This document shows positions 37,501-49,500 of a DNA stretch of 64,000 nucleotides, piece by piece. The stretch's first letter is position 1. Each line of letters opens with the position of its first letter. The position numbers and the translations under genes were made by a program. The stretch comes from Raillietiella orientalis. Taxonomy: Eukaryota. The notes below the pieces were generated by a model. It saw only the letters and a program-made list of their open reading frames with translations. It did no database searches and was not told the DNA's origin. The stretch spans positions 2,914,001-2,978,000 of the forward strand of contig JAYWIR010000018.1 in the NCBI GenBank assembly GCA_036172245.1. Direction: 5' to 3'.

Positions 37501-40500
37501 ACGCTGCATTCGGGTGCGGCACTGGTGACTGATGCCCCCGATGAGTGGACGGCATTGGGGGTCCTACGAAGAAACTGAAGGGGTCAGTTCCCTTTGGTGT
37601 TCCCCATCGGTTTTGTCAAGGAGACATCGGAACCCCGAGGTCGATTCATCATCCCGGAAGATGAGCGGCAAAAGTGCTCCAACTACCGGTCGCCTGCGAG
37701 TCTCTTGGGATGGCGCCGGGAACCTCCCTTCACGTCTGCCTCGTTTTCGCTCCGACCCAGGCTGCCACGAGCACGCCCGGGGAGAACGATGGACACAGGG
37801 AACATGAAAGCCTCCAAAATTTGGGTGCCTTCTCTCGGAACGCTTACTCCCGCGTGGGGGCGGAGACGGTTCGGAGGACGGAACAAGGAAGTGGAAGTCA
37901 TCCGCTCCGGAGTCACGGGGAGAGGGCGTATCGCCGGGATACCGCACGGTTCCACTCGACGCCCCCTCGGTTCCGGAGCCCTCGTCGCTAGGTGACGGTT
38001 CGTTGTTTTGGCTCGCAGGGCATGGAGCCACTGCGCGACCGGATCGTGCTCTGGCTTGTGCGGGGCACGCCACTCCCTTCCGCCCCTTCCCCTCCTCGGA
38101 CGCGTGAAAGGAGGCAGCAGCGGTGCTCCCGTCCCGCTGGAGGCCACCGTCCTCGCTCTCGCTCGATGCCGCTCAGCCGACGGCCGGTGAGCCCTCTCCC
38201 GAGCGGACCGAAGCTGTGCGGGAGGAACGCTAGATGACAAAAGGGCACACAGAGCTCTTCGACACTACCCACGCTACCATCGAGGGCGCATTAAACCCTT
38301 CAAGTTAACGTATGTCCGGAAGGGGACCATTCTATGAATCCCGGAAGGTTCCGAGGAGGGAGTCCATTCTTCTTACTCTAGGGAGGGAACCTTTCAGAGA
38401 AATCTCGACCTGACTGTCTCCGGAGGAAAGGATCCTCCCCTCGTTTCCACCTCTGAAGAGAACACCGAAGGGATGCTTCCTAATTTCTCTGAAGGGTCGC
38501 TCCCCGAGGGGGCGGCTCACCTCTTGACACTCTGAAGCGGTGTCAATCCACCAGCTTCATCGTATGCGATGAAGAGTCCTCTCTCGAGGGCGAGAGACAG
38601 CTCCACTTTCCCAAATGGGGCAACCATGAAAAGAAGCGGCTCCTTGATCTTTTGAAGGACCCCTGGATGGCCAAATTCCCATCCCGGCCACTCATCGGAG
38701 GCATCCGGTTTCCATCCATGCCGCTCCCGCAACCTGTGATAGGCCCGCTGGATTCGGGCCATCCTGTATGTGTGTGTGTGAAGGGCAGGACTCGAAACCG
38801 ACGACGCACCCCCTCCGTTCTCAGCGTCGACCCTTCCCCAGGAGAGATTTGAACCCACAGCACTCGGTACCGCGGTCTCCGCCCGCGGTCGCACGGCCGC
38901 GAACGCGGGTCATCTCGGGGATTGCACTCCCCTCCGCTTCCCACACACGTCTCGGGATGCTCCGGGTAGAAGAGATGCACGACTCCTCTCAGCATCTCGT
39001 GTGCCCTTGCACAGGCACGAATGGCTCTACGGCGCCTTCCGCCTCCAGCCAGGAGCTTCCCGTTTATGTCCGAAGAGTCGTTCGGCGCGCTGCCCGTGGT
39101 AATGGGAGGGATGGGGGAAGGCACTTTTCCTCCCTCGTCTCCTCTTCTAGGAATTTTGCCTCCGCACCTGCCAGCGGGAATTTCCCTGAGTCCGGCCTTC
39201 AGGAAACATCCCGACCCCTTCTGTTTGAGGACCGCGACGGCGACTTTTTGGAACTCGGGATTCCTCCTTCCCTCAGGACTCCGCTCCGGGCTAGGAAGGA
39301 TTTAGCGCGAGAGAGGCACAGCTCTCCTTGGGCAAGGTGACACGGACGGAGCCGTTGGCCGTCGTGCGAGGGGGCCTCCCTGGGTCCCCTGCTGGCAGGA
39401 AAGCGGGCTGGAGTTGTTCGACCCTTCCCTCTCTCCCGAGATGCGGACCGCCACCAGCGATAGGATGCTCCTACTCCAAGTGGAGTAGGCGAAAGGTAGG
39501 AGCTCTGATTTCCAGACGTAAGCTGGCTGGTCGTTGAAAGAGGGCTGGGGCGTGTCGGGCGCTCGGGGTGGGAGCGCCCTACGGGTGGAAGGGAGGAGGC
39601 TGCCTTTGGGCAAACTCCCGTTGCCTGAGCTTCGCCGCTGGCGGTTTTCTTTGGAGGGCCGACCGTGCAGGTCTCGTCTGGAGGGTGTCCTCCTGGACTA
39701 ACCCGCTTCGCCCCATTTTTTTAGTCCACTCGAGAACCAGGTCTGCTTCTCACGAGCGTGTCTGAGAATTTCTGAATCTTCGGGAAGATCGATCCCTGTA
39801 CTCCGAGCAAGCCGACAGTGATGGTGCGAGTTGGCACCAGGAGGGAGGGATCTCCACGCTTTTCCTTCCTTTTCTGTGGCTCCATCCGGATCGAATGCTC
39901 CTGGAGTAGCCGCTTGAAGTACCACCCCACCGCTTTCGCCTCCCGTCGCTTCCCTTCCGCTCAAGGTCGGCACCAAGCAACGCACACATTGTTTGTCATG
40001 ACCTACACTGCGGTCAAGTCCCGTTTTCTGGAGCAGGGATGGCGAAACTGAAAAAGCGTGTGACATCCAAAAAAAAAGCACCCCAACGAGGGTCAACTGA
40101 TCTGGAAGGTTCGTGTGATCTGGAAGGCCCGTTTCCAGGCAGCACTTGGCGACGTCGTGCTTGGGGTTGCCCCAGCGCGTCGTCATCCATCTCTCCGGCA
40201 CGCACTTGGTACGCTTCCAGAACGACAAAATGACGACTTCCCGTCTGCTCGATGCAACTCGCGGACGAAGACGTGCCTGGTCTTAACTGCTCGAAAGCAC
40301 GCACGCACGCACTCACGGAGGCGAGCGTCCGTTTCCCGGGACGACCGCTGACGTGGCGCACCGGCGGTCTGACTCTCGGCGAGGGAAACGCAGCGCCAGC
40401 CGGAGCTCCTCGGAATGCCGGTGGATTCCGTCGGCGGCGGGAAACACGGCTGGCTGTCTCGAGGCAAGGGACGTCGGTCGCTCCCCAGGACGGCAGCTGC

Positions 40501-43500
40501 CGCCGGGAGAAGGACCGCATCCGCAATAACGGAACATGCTTTTGAATCCAAGAAGGAATCCCGTCTGGCCTACACCGCGCTGTTCATGCAAATGTCCCCC
40601 ATAAAGGCCGGCTGCCAGGCAGATGCCTTCTCTCTCGGGCAGGAGTTCACTCCTGCTGCAACAGCAAGGCAGTTCCCTTTGCCCAATAAAAGCGAATAGG
40701 TGCTTCGGGAGAATTAAGAGAAGTGTTCCAGCAGCTGAATTAGAAAAGGAATTTTGGTCTTCCAGTGCGACTCGGCTCACGAGGACGTGAAGGAGCGATG
40801 AATATTGCAAGCGCCGGATCAGCATGTGAATGGTGTGTAATCTGTACTAAAGGCACGAGGAGGAAAACCAACTGGGATGAGAGTTTCAAATTTCTCTCTT
40901 TTTTATTGGCAACTCGTTGACGTCATACATCAATGAGTCGGATTTCTCTACGCTCAGGGTGTGGGTAGGTGGACAGCGCGACGGTGAACAGACCGGAACT
41001 CGCCAAGTACGTCTAAGGAGCTGTTTTCTGGAGCAAATTCCTTTCCTGCCATCATTTTCTCGCTTTTGCGGGCACCAACTCAGAGTTGGGAAAACCCAAC
41101 TCTCGGGTGGTGCGAAGCTTCACGAGGTCGCTAGAGCTTTTGTGTTGAGCTTCACGAGACCGAAGCTTTTCGACACCTCCGGCGCTTTCGCGTCGACCTC
41201 TGAACTTGGATGCAGTGGTCTTCTATCCTCTGGCACAGCAAGGGTAGGCGACTCCAAAGGAGGCACTGGAAGCCGGTAGGAGAAATGCCGGTGAGCGTTT
41301 GGTAGAAGCGGGAGCGATGCAAGAGAGCTGGAGGATGATGGCACTCATCCAACTCGGAAACAATACGATTAATCTTTTGTGGAGAGCAGCATTTGCATCC
41401 GGTGGTCCACGGTGGACGCGAAGCGCCGCATCGCAAACATCTCATCAATTTTTTCCTCTCCAGTAGGGGGGCTCGAGTTTTCGTTCGCTTTTTCTCAAGA
41501 GACAGCAGGCCACGATGGTGGGCGGAATCTCTTGGATATGCGGAAGGTTCGCTCGCCGCTGAAGATACTCGGTCGAGGGAAAAGCACGTAAAAGATAAGG
41601 GGCTCGGCTGCAGGGGAACCGAAGATTTAGATGGAAAAAAAAAAAAAAGGATCTCTCGGCCTATGTCACAATGCGTTCCCAATATCTTGTGTGCTGATGA
41701 CGAAAACTCCCCTGTGTGCTATTTGCCCTTTCCTGTCCACTGCCTAGCAACGGACCTGATTGCGTGTTTGCCTCGAGTTTGGTTCCGTTCTTGGTTCGCG
41801 GGCTGGAGCGTCTCCCACGATGTGGGAGGTGAGAGGGGGAGGGGTAAGAGCGAGGGCAGAGAGGCGGCGTCATCCTCGACTCCATCGCAAGGACGTGCGG
41901 AAGAGGAAGGTAATTTCGGGGGAAGGGGGGGGGGGGCAACGCAACCCTCGGGAACCCGCATGCATTTGGAAGTTCGGCACGGAAAGATCGGAAAAGTTTA
42001 ACACGGATTCAGCCCCAAGGACTCCCTCATCTGCTCGGGAGTCGTCCAGGATCGGGAGGCGGCGGAGAGAAAGTGCGTGAGAGCCGCCCGTTGATTCGAA
42101 CTCCCGTGTGTTTGGATGGCAGGGACGCACGCCACGCCACGCTCCAAGCGGTTTCGCCTCGGCGGTGGTCGGGGCTCCCGCTCCAAGCCACGGCCTTACC
42201 GACGAGAACCGGAATCCCGGTAGCTTATTCCGCTGCCTGCTCCTCACTGGGACTTTTTCACCCACCGCCGAAGAGCTGCAGCGGCGGTTTCCGGCGTCTC
42301 CTCTTCCGTGATGCTTCCGAACAAATGGTTTTGCGTTTGCAGGTTTCTCCTGTTCGCACGGCTCACACTGTGCTGTCGGTTACGATCGAGACGCTTCTTA
42401 GTTTGCCACAGAAACAGCAAGGAGGCATCTCTTCGTGAACGTAAAGTGAAGTCAGCAGTTGAACTCTCGCTAAGAACTTCCGGAAGCAAATTCTTTGGGA
42501 CCGTGAAAAACGTGTGCGCCGAAGGGCTACGGACGCCCGAGTGAACACATGGTAAGCAGCCCGCATCGCATCCCATTGAGCTCATCCTTTTCAGAGAAGT
42601 AGGGAGTGCAGAGGGAACGGTCACTTCAAGGTTGCTCCCGTTTTCAACGCTCCTCGTTCTCCAGAGGCATCCACGAGAAAACCTTTTCCGTGCAGTCTGT
42701 GAACTGGATTTTTGCTACGTCCGAGGAAAACGATCTTCCAACCACCTCGCTCTGTTAGCAGCAGTGGCGGTTGCTCTGCTGCACTGTGAGCTCCCGCTTG
42801 ACTCTTCTGACTTCTAAACCCCACCTTCTTGAGTTCCCTCGTCTCGCGACTTCAGCAGGCCGGACCAAGCCATACGGAGGCGCCGTGTGGACCCGCCTCA
42901 ACGCGACTGCTTCCCTTTTCGAGCGGGCCCCTGGACCGCCGTGAGCGAACGCTGCCCCACACGGACGTCGGATACCAACCTCCTCCTCCGTTTGAAAGAA
43001 ATCGCAAGTCAGGCCGAGCGCGTCGCAGCCAGTCCGCGAGGTCTTCCGAAAAGCGGTGGCTCTTCCACCGCCATTTCAGACTCTCCCATCAGTGTGCTCC
43101 ACGCCACGTCGCCTCCTGGACCACCGCCCACGCCGCACCCGAGAACGGATCCCCCGTTCAATGGAACGAATCGCATCCTCCTTTTCCCCGTTTCTCCCTC
43201 GCTACTTCGATTACCATGCGGGCGGTGTTCGCCCCATCCTCGCCATGCTATCTGTCATTCGCTGAGAGCACAACGAGACCATAAATCGCGATGCAATAAG
43301 TAGATCTTCCCGATAACCGATCCGCCACGTTCTTCGCGAAGCCATCCGAGCCCGCCCCATGCCAGGCCGCGCGCGGTTCCCGCGAACCCGAAATGTCGCC
43401 GCGACGGAATTCTGCTCCGCACTCTTCATTTCGCTGGTCTCACAGGCAGTGAATTCCTCTACAGCCAATGCCGCTGACGTTATTGACCCTTGCAATTTGA

Positions 43501-46500
43501 ATAATTCATAGAAAACTTCCATCTTAATAGAAAATTGCCATCATGAAAAATTGTGGTCTTCGGATGCTTTTGTGCCACGTGGATTTTGTGTGGTTTCTGA
43601 AACCCGCGCGTAGCACGGAATTCTCGCCACATCAATCGCACGGTGACGGCCTTATGGGAAAGAACGCCCCATTTTACGGGCTGCTCCAGAGACAGCGCTT
43701 TGATAATCTAAGTCACTGACATTCTTGCAACTGCTCCAGGGTAAGATTCTGGACCTCCGTCCTTCCATCTGCTGCAGCGCTCAGCAGCACATTCAATCTA
43801 CGGTTGAGGTCAAAAAAAGAAAAAAACTTTCTTTGAAACGATTCTTCCGTTCACTTCATCCCTCAACAATTCCCGCCCATGTTTTCTTGAACACGAGTAT
43901 CCTCGAAGAGCAGAAACTTGGAGTAAAGATGGCCTCATGATTTTTGCGGCATACCAGTGATGTATGCCAAGATCGCCTGCTTCCCTGCGACAACTGCCAC
44001 TTGCACGTTGCTCGTCTGAATCCTCTATTGCCTGTGCGAGCGGCTCCCGCAGGAAGCGGCGCGGACCAACAGGAGGTGTTTGCACGCTGTCGGTCGCTGA
44101 AGGTGCGTAGCTTCGCTTCTACGGGGACAGACGATCGTCTCCGGTTCGGTCAACCCTGCCAAGCGAGCGGCGGCTCGGGGAGGACGGCAGCCGGCGGCCG
44201 GACCCGCCTCTCCAGAGCGGAGGTCGGTGCGCGCGAGAACCCGGCATCGGAAGAAGAGCCACCAAGACAGGAGACCGGATGCGGGAACCGGGCGTGCTGT
44301 TCGGCGACAGACGAGCGTCCGCTTCGGTGGGTGGGAGCCGTGGTGGTAGGCGAGTCCAGGTGCGCCGAGCACTTGGGGACCGCTCGCCCGCAGGCGGGGA
44401 AACGCGAAGAGGACGCTGTCTGTGCGCCAACATCGAGCGCGGCCGGGGTGTGTGGAGGGTGCGGACGCCTTACGGGTCGAAGGTCGGCCAACGACTGTCC
44501 GCGAGGGAGGCTGAGCGACGAGTCACGGCTGGACGAGAAGAGGCGGAGGGAGCTCCCCCGTGGGAAATCCGTCCCGTGTCTGCTGCGTGCGCTCCAACTC
44601 GAGCAGCAAAATGGCTCCACCTGGGAACACCGAAGTCCTCATCCCCTGCTGTGGGTGGAAAGTACACTTCACCGCGGCCACGTCTTCATCATCTCCGGCG
44701 TGACTTGCACCGTCCTCTTTCGGACTTGCGTTGGTCCGAGGATTCGAAAAGCCTGACGGAGGCGAACACGTGTGGCGCAGTGGACGGAGCGATGCTACTC
44801 TTCACGGATGCTCCCTTCTTCTTCCCTCTAGCCAGTAAGCGGTCATTGTGCAGGATGACCTCTCGCGTCTTCTTTCATCCTGGTCGAATTTCGCCTGGAG
44901 AGTCTTTGCAGGGGGCTGCTCGGAATTGACGGTGCTGGCGTAGCTGCGCCAACGCGCCCAACATGTCTGCGGACAACATGTTTGTTGAGGGTTCTAATCC
45001 CAGCCTGAGAAGAACCGACGCTCACTTCTGGGTGTCGATTCTTCTCAGGGACGAAACCCACGACGCACCCAGAAATGGGTGCATCTCTTGCAGGATGACG
45101 ACCTATTCGGGTGCGGCACTGGTGCTTTTACGGATGTGCTGACCAAGGCTTGGTCGTGGCTAGCGGCACATCTTCCGAGCTGATGTTCCCTCATTTCTGA
45201 CTGTCTTGAACGCTTCCTCTGGAATTCAGCTGCGGTTCTGGTGATGGTGCATCCTCTCAGGCGCCAGCTACTCGCTAGCAGCTCTCTGGAATGCTCTTTG
45301 CCGGCTGACGCTGATCTGCAATGAGTGCATCCACGACATCGGAAGGAATCTCCTGGGACTGCGTCGCCCAAGGGCAAAAGATTCGCACCCTCTTTCTGCT
45401 AACGATAATTTTGGGGCGGCAAGCAAAAGGAGAAACAAAATAAACAGAGGGGAAAAGTTACGGAACGAAGCCGGCAAGAGGGCATCCTGGCCCACTGATA
45501 TGGTTGCCGGGCTCTCACGCAAAAGAGAAGAAATCACACTGAGGTCGTCTAGGAGATCGCTTTAATTAGATATTTCTAGTGAACGTTGCGCGACTGTATA
45601 TTCACCAACTCGTTTGCTCTTCTTCCCGACACGAATCCAAGCATTCGGCATCTCATTTTCCTGACAAGCAAACTTCAGAATCAGAGTTTTTTGTGTGTGT
45701 TTGTTTGTTAGGATTGCCGAATGACGAGTATTGAAAATCACGCTAGAGCTTCGTCTGTTCCTTTGCATTTATTTTGCAATTTCTTTTTTTTTACTCAGCA
45801 AAAACGTTTGTTCGCCATTGTGTGACCTCCGCAAGAGACTACTACTGCACTTCTACTCAAGAGCATGAGAATGCAAATGTATTCAGTGCATATCAAAGCG
45901 GGTTTCAGGTCGCACTGCTATGTTTCTCAGATTCCGACGGATGAATTTAGATATCAGAATTGTTCCTTGTAATCCTGTGCAGCTGAAAGGTAAACATCGC
46001 TACGCGTCGCTCTCAGGATGGAGAAGGGATGGTGTTTTTCGGGTCGTGTACCACTCATCGCACCCCTTGTCTGTCCCTATACGAACACAAAGGCGAGGGA
46101 CTGATTAACTCAGTCTGCTACTCGAAAACAGGCTTGCAATATTCAAATCCTTTCTGCATGTCCAAACACAGAGCGGAGTAGCCAATTCTTTTTTATTTAT
46201 AGCCAAGTACCTTCATAAGTAGCTTCCTGCCATGGAGCTAATTACTCCTAAGTGAGCATGTGAGGTTACTCGGACGCACGTGGTATGCGTCCCAGCTCGA
46301 GAAGCAAAATGGCGCCACATGGGAACACCAAAGTCCTCATTTCCCTGTTTACGAAACGAGTTCCCCTCTCCGCACCGCTGGATTATCCGTGGCGCGTTGG
46401 TACGTTCTTCATTCACCCGTGGTACGTTTTATCCGTGGCACACGCGGAGTACCAAAATTGCCTTATTTTCAACTAAAACATGTCTCTCTCGAAAGATAGT

Positions 46501-49500
46501 TTCCTTGGAAGACAAGCAAAGAAAAGATCAATGCATTCGCATCAATGCAGTTTGACAGTAACTGCAGGTGATTGCCGAGGTCCGATGGTGATCGCTCATT
46601 CGTGCTTTCTTTTCGTGTCGAGCATGAAATGTCAGCTGCCAACTTTGTTGCAGCATGGTCACGGTCAGCGTCGGCCATTGATGATGCTCAGAGATCGAGT
46701 CGCTGCTGAGTATCGAATCGTCAGAGCACTTCTGCTCCACGCAGTTTGTTGTTCTTGCGCCTGCCGTCATAGGAGAAGGCGGATCCGAAGTCCAAACTGG
46801 ACCTTCGAACGGGGATGAGCGGAAATCGTCCGCGCGCGCAAACTTCCGCATTTTTTTCTTCAGATCCGACTGCACGGTTTTTCTAAAAACTAAGAGACTC
46901 CTCGGTTGCCGGACGCTCCTACCTGCCAGGGATTCGTAGCTCCACACGAAACGCCAAATCAAGAAGAACCTCTTGTAGCGCTACCCGGAACCTGAGCAAC
47001 CGCTGATCTCTTTCCGAGCAAACCACCTGGGAGTGGCGCGGAAGTCGCGGGACTGACGAGGGCGTTCGAGAACCATCCGCGTGCTTAGCGGGATCGCTCG
47101 CCGAGTCGCTGTGCGATCCATTTTTCAAATATCCAGAGATGCTTTCAGTCAATGCATCGTCGGAAGGTCGCTTGCCGTGCACTTGGTCATTTCATGCACG
47201 TACAGAGTAAATGCACGTGGGTTGTATATGCGTCACGTGATCGATGGTGATCACGCGACGGATGCGCGACACGGGTGCGTCGCACGAGCGAACTGAAAGC
47301 AGCAGAAACTTGCTGCTTCCACCCCCCGGCTGCTGACTGACCTCCGCGGTGGGTGAGGAACGTGAATCTGGACGTGATCTGCGTGCGGAGGAAGCGCAGG
47401 GAGAGAGCGCTGCTTTCCGCGTATGGTCCGGCGGAGAAAACGATGGGCTGCAGCGTGAAATCAGCTGTGAGGCGCGAGGAACCATGCCCACAGATTCAGA
47501 ACTACTGCTTGCTGGGGAAGATGTCATTGAGGAACGTGTCGGCTTTTCTGGTTCGCCGGACGATGTCTGGCAACCCTTCCGCAGCAGACAGCAATCCTTT
47601 CCTCCCCTTCCCAGCTTCCCCGGACCCGGAAAGATAGGACTTGTTCTGAGGGGCATCATGGAGGAGAAGGTAAAGGAGAGATGACTCGCTCGCGCGCGAC
47701 CTCTCTTCTTCCTCCTCCCCCTCCAAGAGCCGCTTCTGTGAGGGAGATTCCAGGAGAACCTCATGCCAAGGTCCACCGAGGGAGCATCTGACGAGCTCGC
47801 CGGTGGCGACGCCAGGAGCGACTTGGACGGTGCGCAGGAGAGAGCCTGACACCGGCGACTCGGATTCTTTCGGAGAAAACGAGACGAAGATCACGCTGCG
47901 AGAGAGGCAGCTTTTGGTGGATGCGCGGGGAAGAAGAAGAAAGTCACCGCCAGCCCGCTCATGACGCGGCTCAGACAACAAAACTCCTTTCCTCTTTGTA
48001 TGCCGTTGCAGGAAACGTTGAGGTCGATCAAAGGAGAAAGCCGAGGCATTCTTCTTTGGCATCGCGCAAACCTCCTAACTACACCAGACGCGCGTGAACC
48101 AGTAACACTCCCTGAGGCGATGCAGGGATCTCCGGGACCTGTGATTAGAAAACTGTACACGGGTAGCGCGAACGAGATACGATTCCCCGATTGCGGGAAC
48201 CTGATTTCCGGTAGGCGGTTCCCGAATCCGGAATAATTCCTCGCAGAGTTTACGGGACAAACTTCGCACCATTTTCCTGCTGTCTGCTTTCCCGGTTAGG
48301 ATCTGAAAGTCTGGAGTGCCGTTTTCATCACCGTCACAAATGCCTTTCTCTCTGGACACTCAGTTACCAGCAGACCATCGTTTCTAGAAGGACTTCACGG
48401 ATAAAAATGACTTCTTCCTTTTTCTCTTTCCTTCTCGGAGCCCTCCCCATTCGGTCGGAAGAAGCTCCACCGCAGGCATGTGTAGTCCTTTCGGAGCATT
48501 CGAAGAGGGTCTGAGAGGGATTTGTCCCCTGTTGGGCGGAGTTGCCTAAGAAGAAGTGGCTTCTGACTCCAAAAAAATTCTTCCATGCGGAACGAATTCC
48601 AATGAAAGGATGGCGCACGCTGAGGAGGTCGAAAGGATCCGCCCTGGAGGTGTCCCCGAAAGCACTCTACGGAAGAGGGTACGAAACAAATTAAGATGTC
48701 CGCCATCCTCTCCTCCTCACGGGTCTGATCTCTCCGGCTCGTCCTCGTGTGGAAGCTGCAACAGCTCCTGCAGGTGCTCCCGGTACGGGAAGGGACCCGT
48801 TTGACACTCCTGGCACACCTCGGGAAAAGGCTGCACGGCCGAGCACACCGCGCCTTTTCCTGGTGTGCGCCTCACCCTTCCTCCCCTCTTGTATCTTTGA
48901 ACCCTTCGATCCCCTTGGTGCACCTCGGGAGTATCCCAAGAGCCCTACGGTCGACGCCCTCATCCGGAGGCGAAGTGGAGAGACGGTCCTCCGCATCGGG
49001 GTCGTCTCCTTTGGCCTTGTGTCTTCTACCTCCGTTCCTCAGGGGGGTCGCTTCGGAGCGGTGGACCTGGCTCCGACATTTTCCTCTTTCCCCAGAATAG
49101 GTCTGGATGAAGCTGCCACCCACTTCGCAATGACCTTCTGGAGAACGAGTGCTACAACACCTCTCCGTGGTCATGATTTCCCCTTCCGTGGATTCGGGAA
49201 TTTCATCGGAGTTATTCTCATGTCCTTCGCCTTCCGCACAAGAGATTGGTTCAGTGCTTCCTCAATGCGACCGACTAGGACGTTCCTTTGCAGCGGTGCT
49301 CCCGCCCAACTACTGCTCCTGCGGGCAGATAGAAGCCAGTACCGCACCTGACCTCTCCCAGCTACGTAGGAAGCCATCACGGAAACAGATGCTAGGAGCC
49401 CGCGCCAGCGTCTTGCACGACGCTGGAGCCACCATTGAACACCACGGACCTGGGCTGGCTTGTCAGGGGCGATTTTTACCACCGGGCACGAGAGTCTTCC

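Noticed and set aside
42085..42200. tRNA gene on the minus strand (GAGTTCGAATC B-box-like)
   Set aside because: No cloverleaf with acceptor and anticodon stems could be built; at most a decayed tRNA-derived repeat.
18928..45619. A single giant TIR element (Maverick/Polinton-like) bounded by the 1.6-kb inverted repeats
   Set aside because: No target-site duplication outside the arms, no polymerase, integrase or transposase ORF inside, and the interior holds in-frame host exons in the normal orientation.
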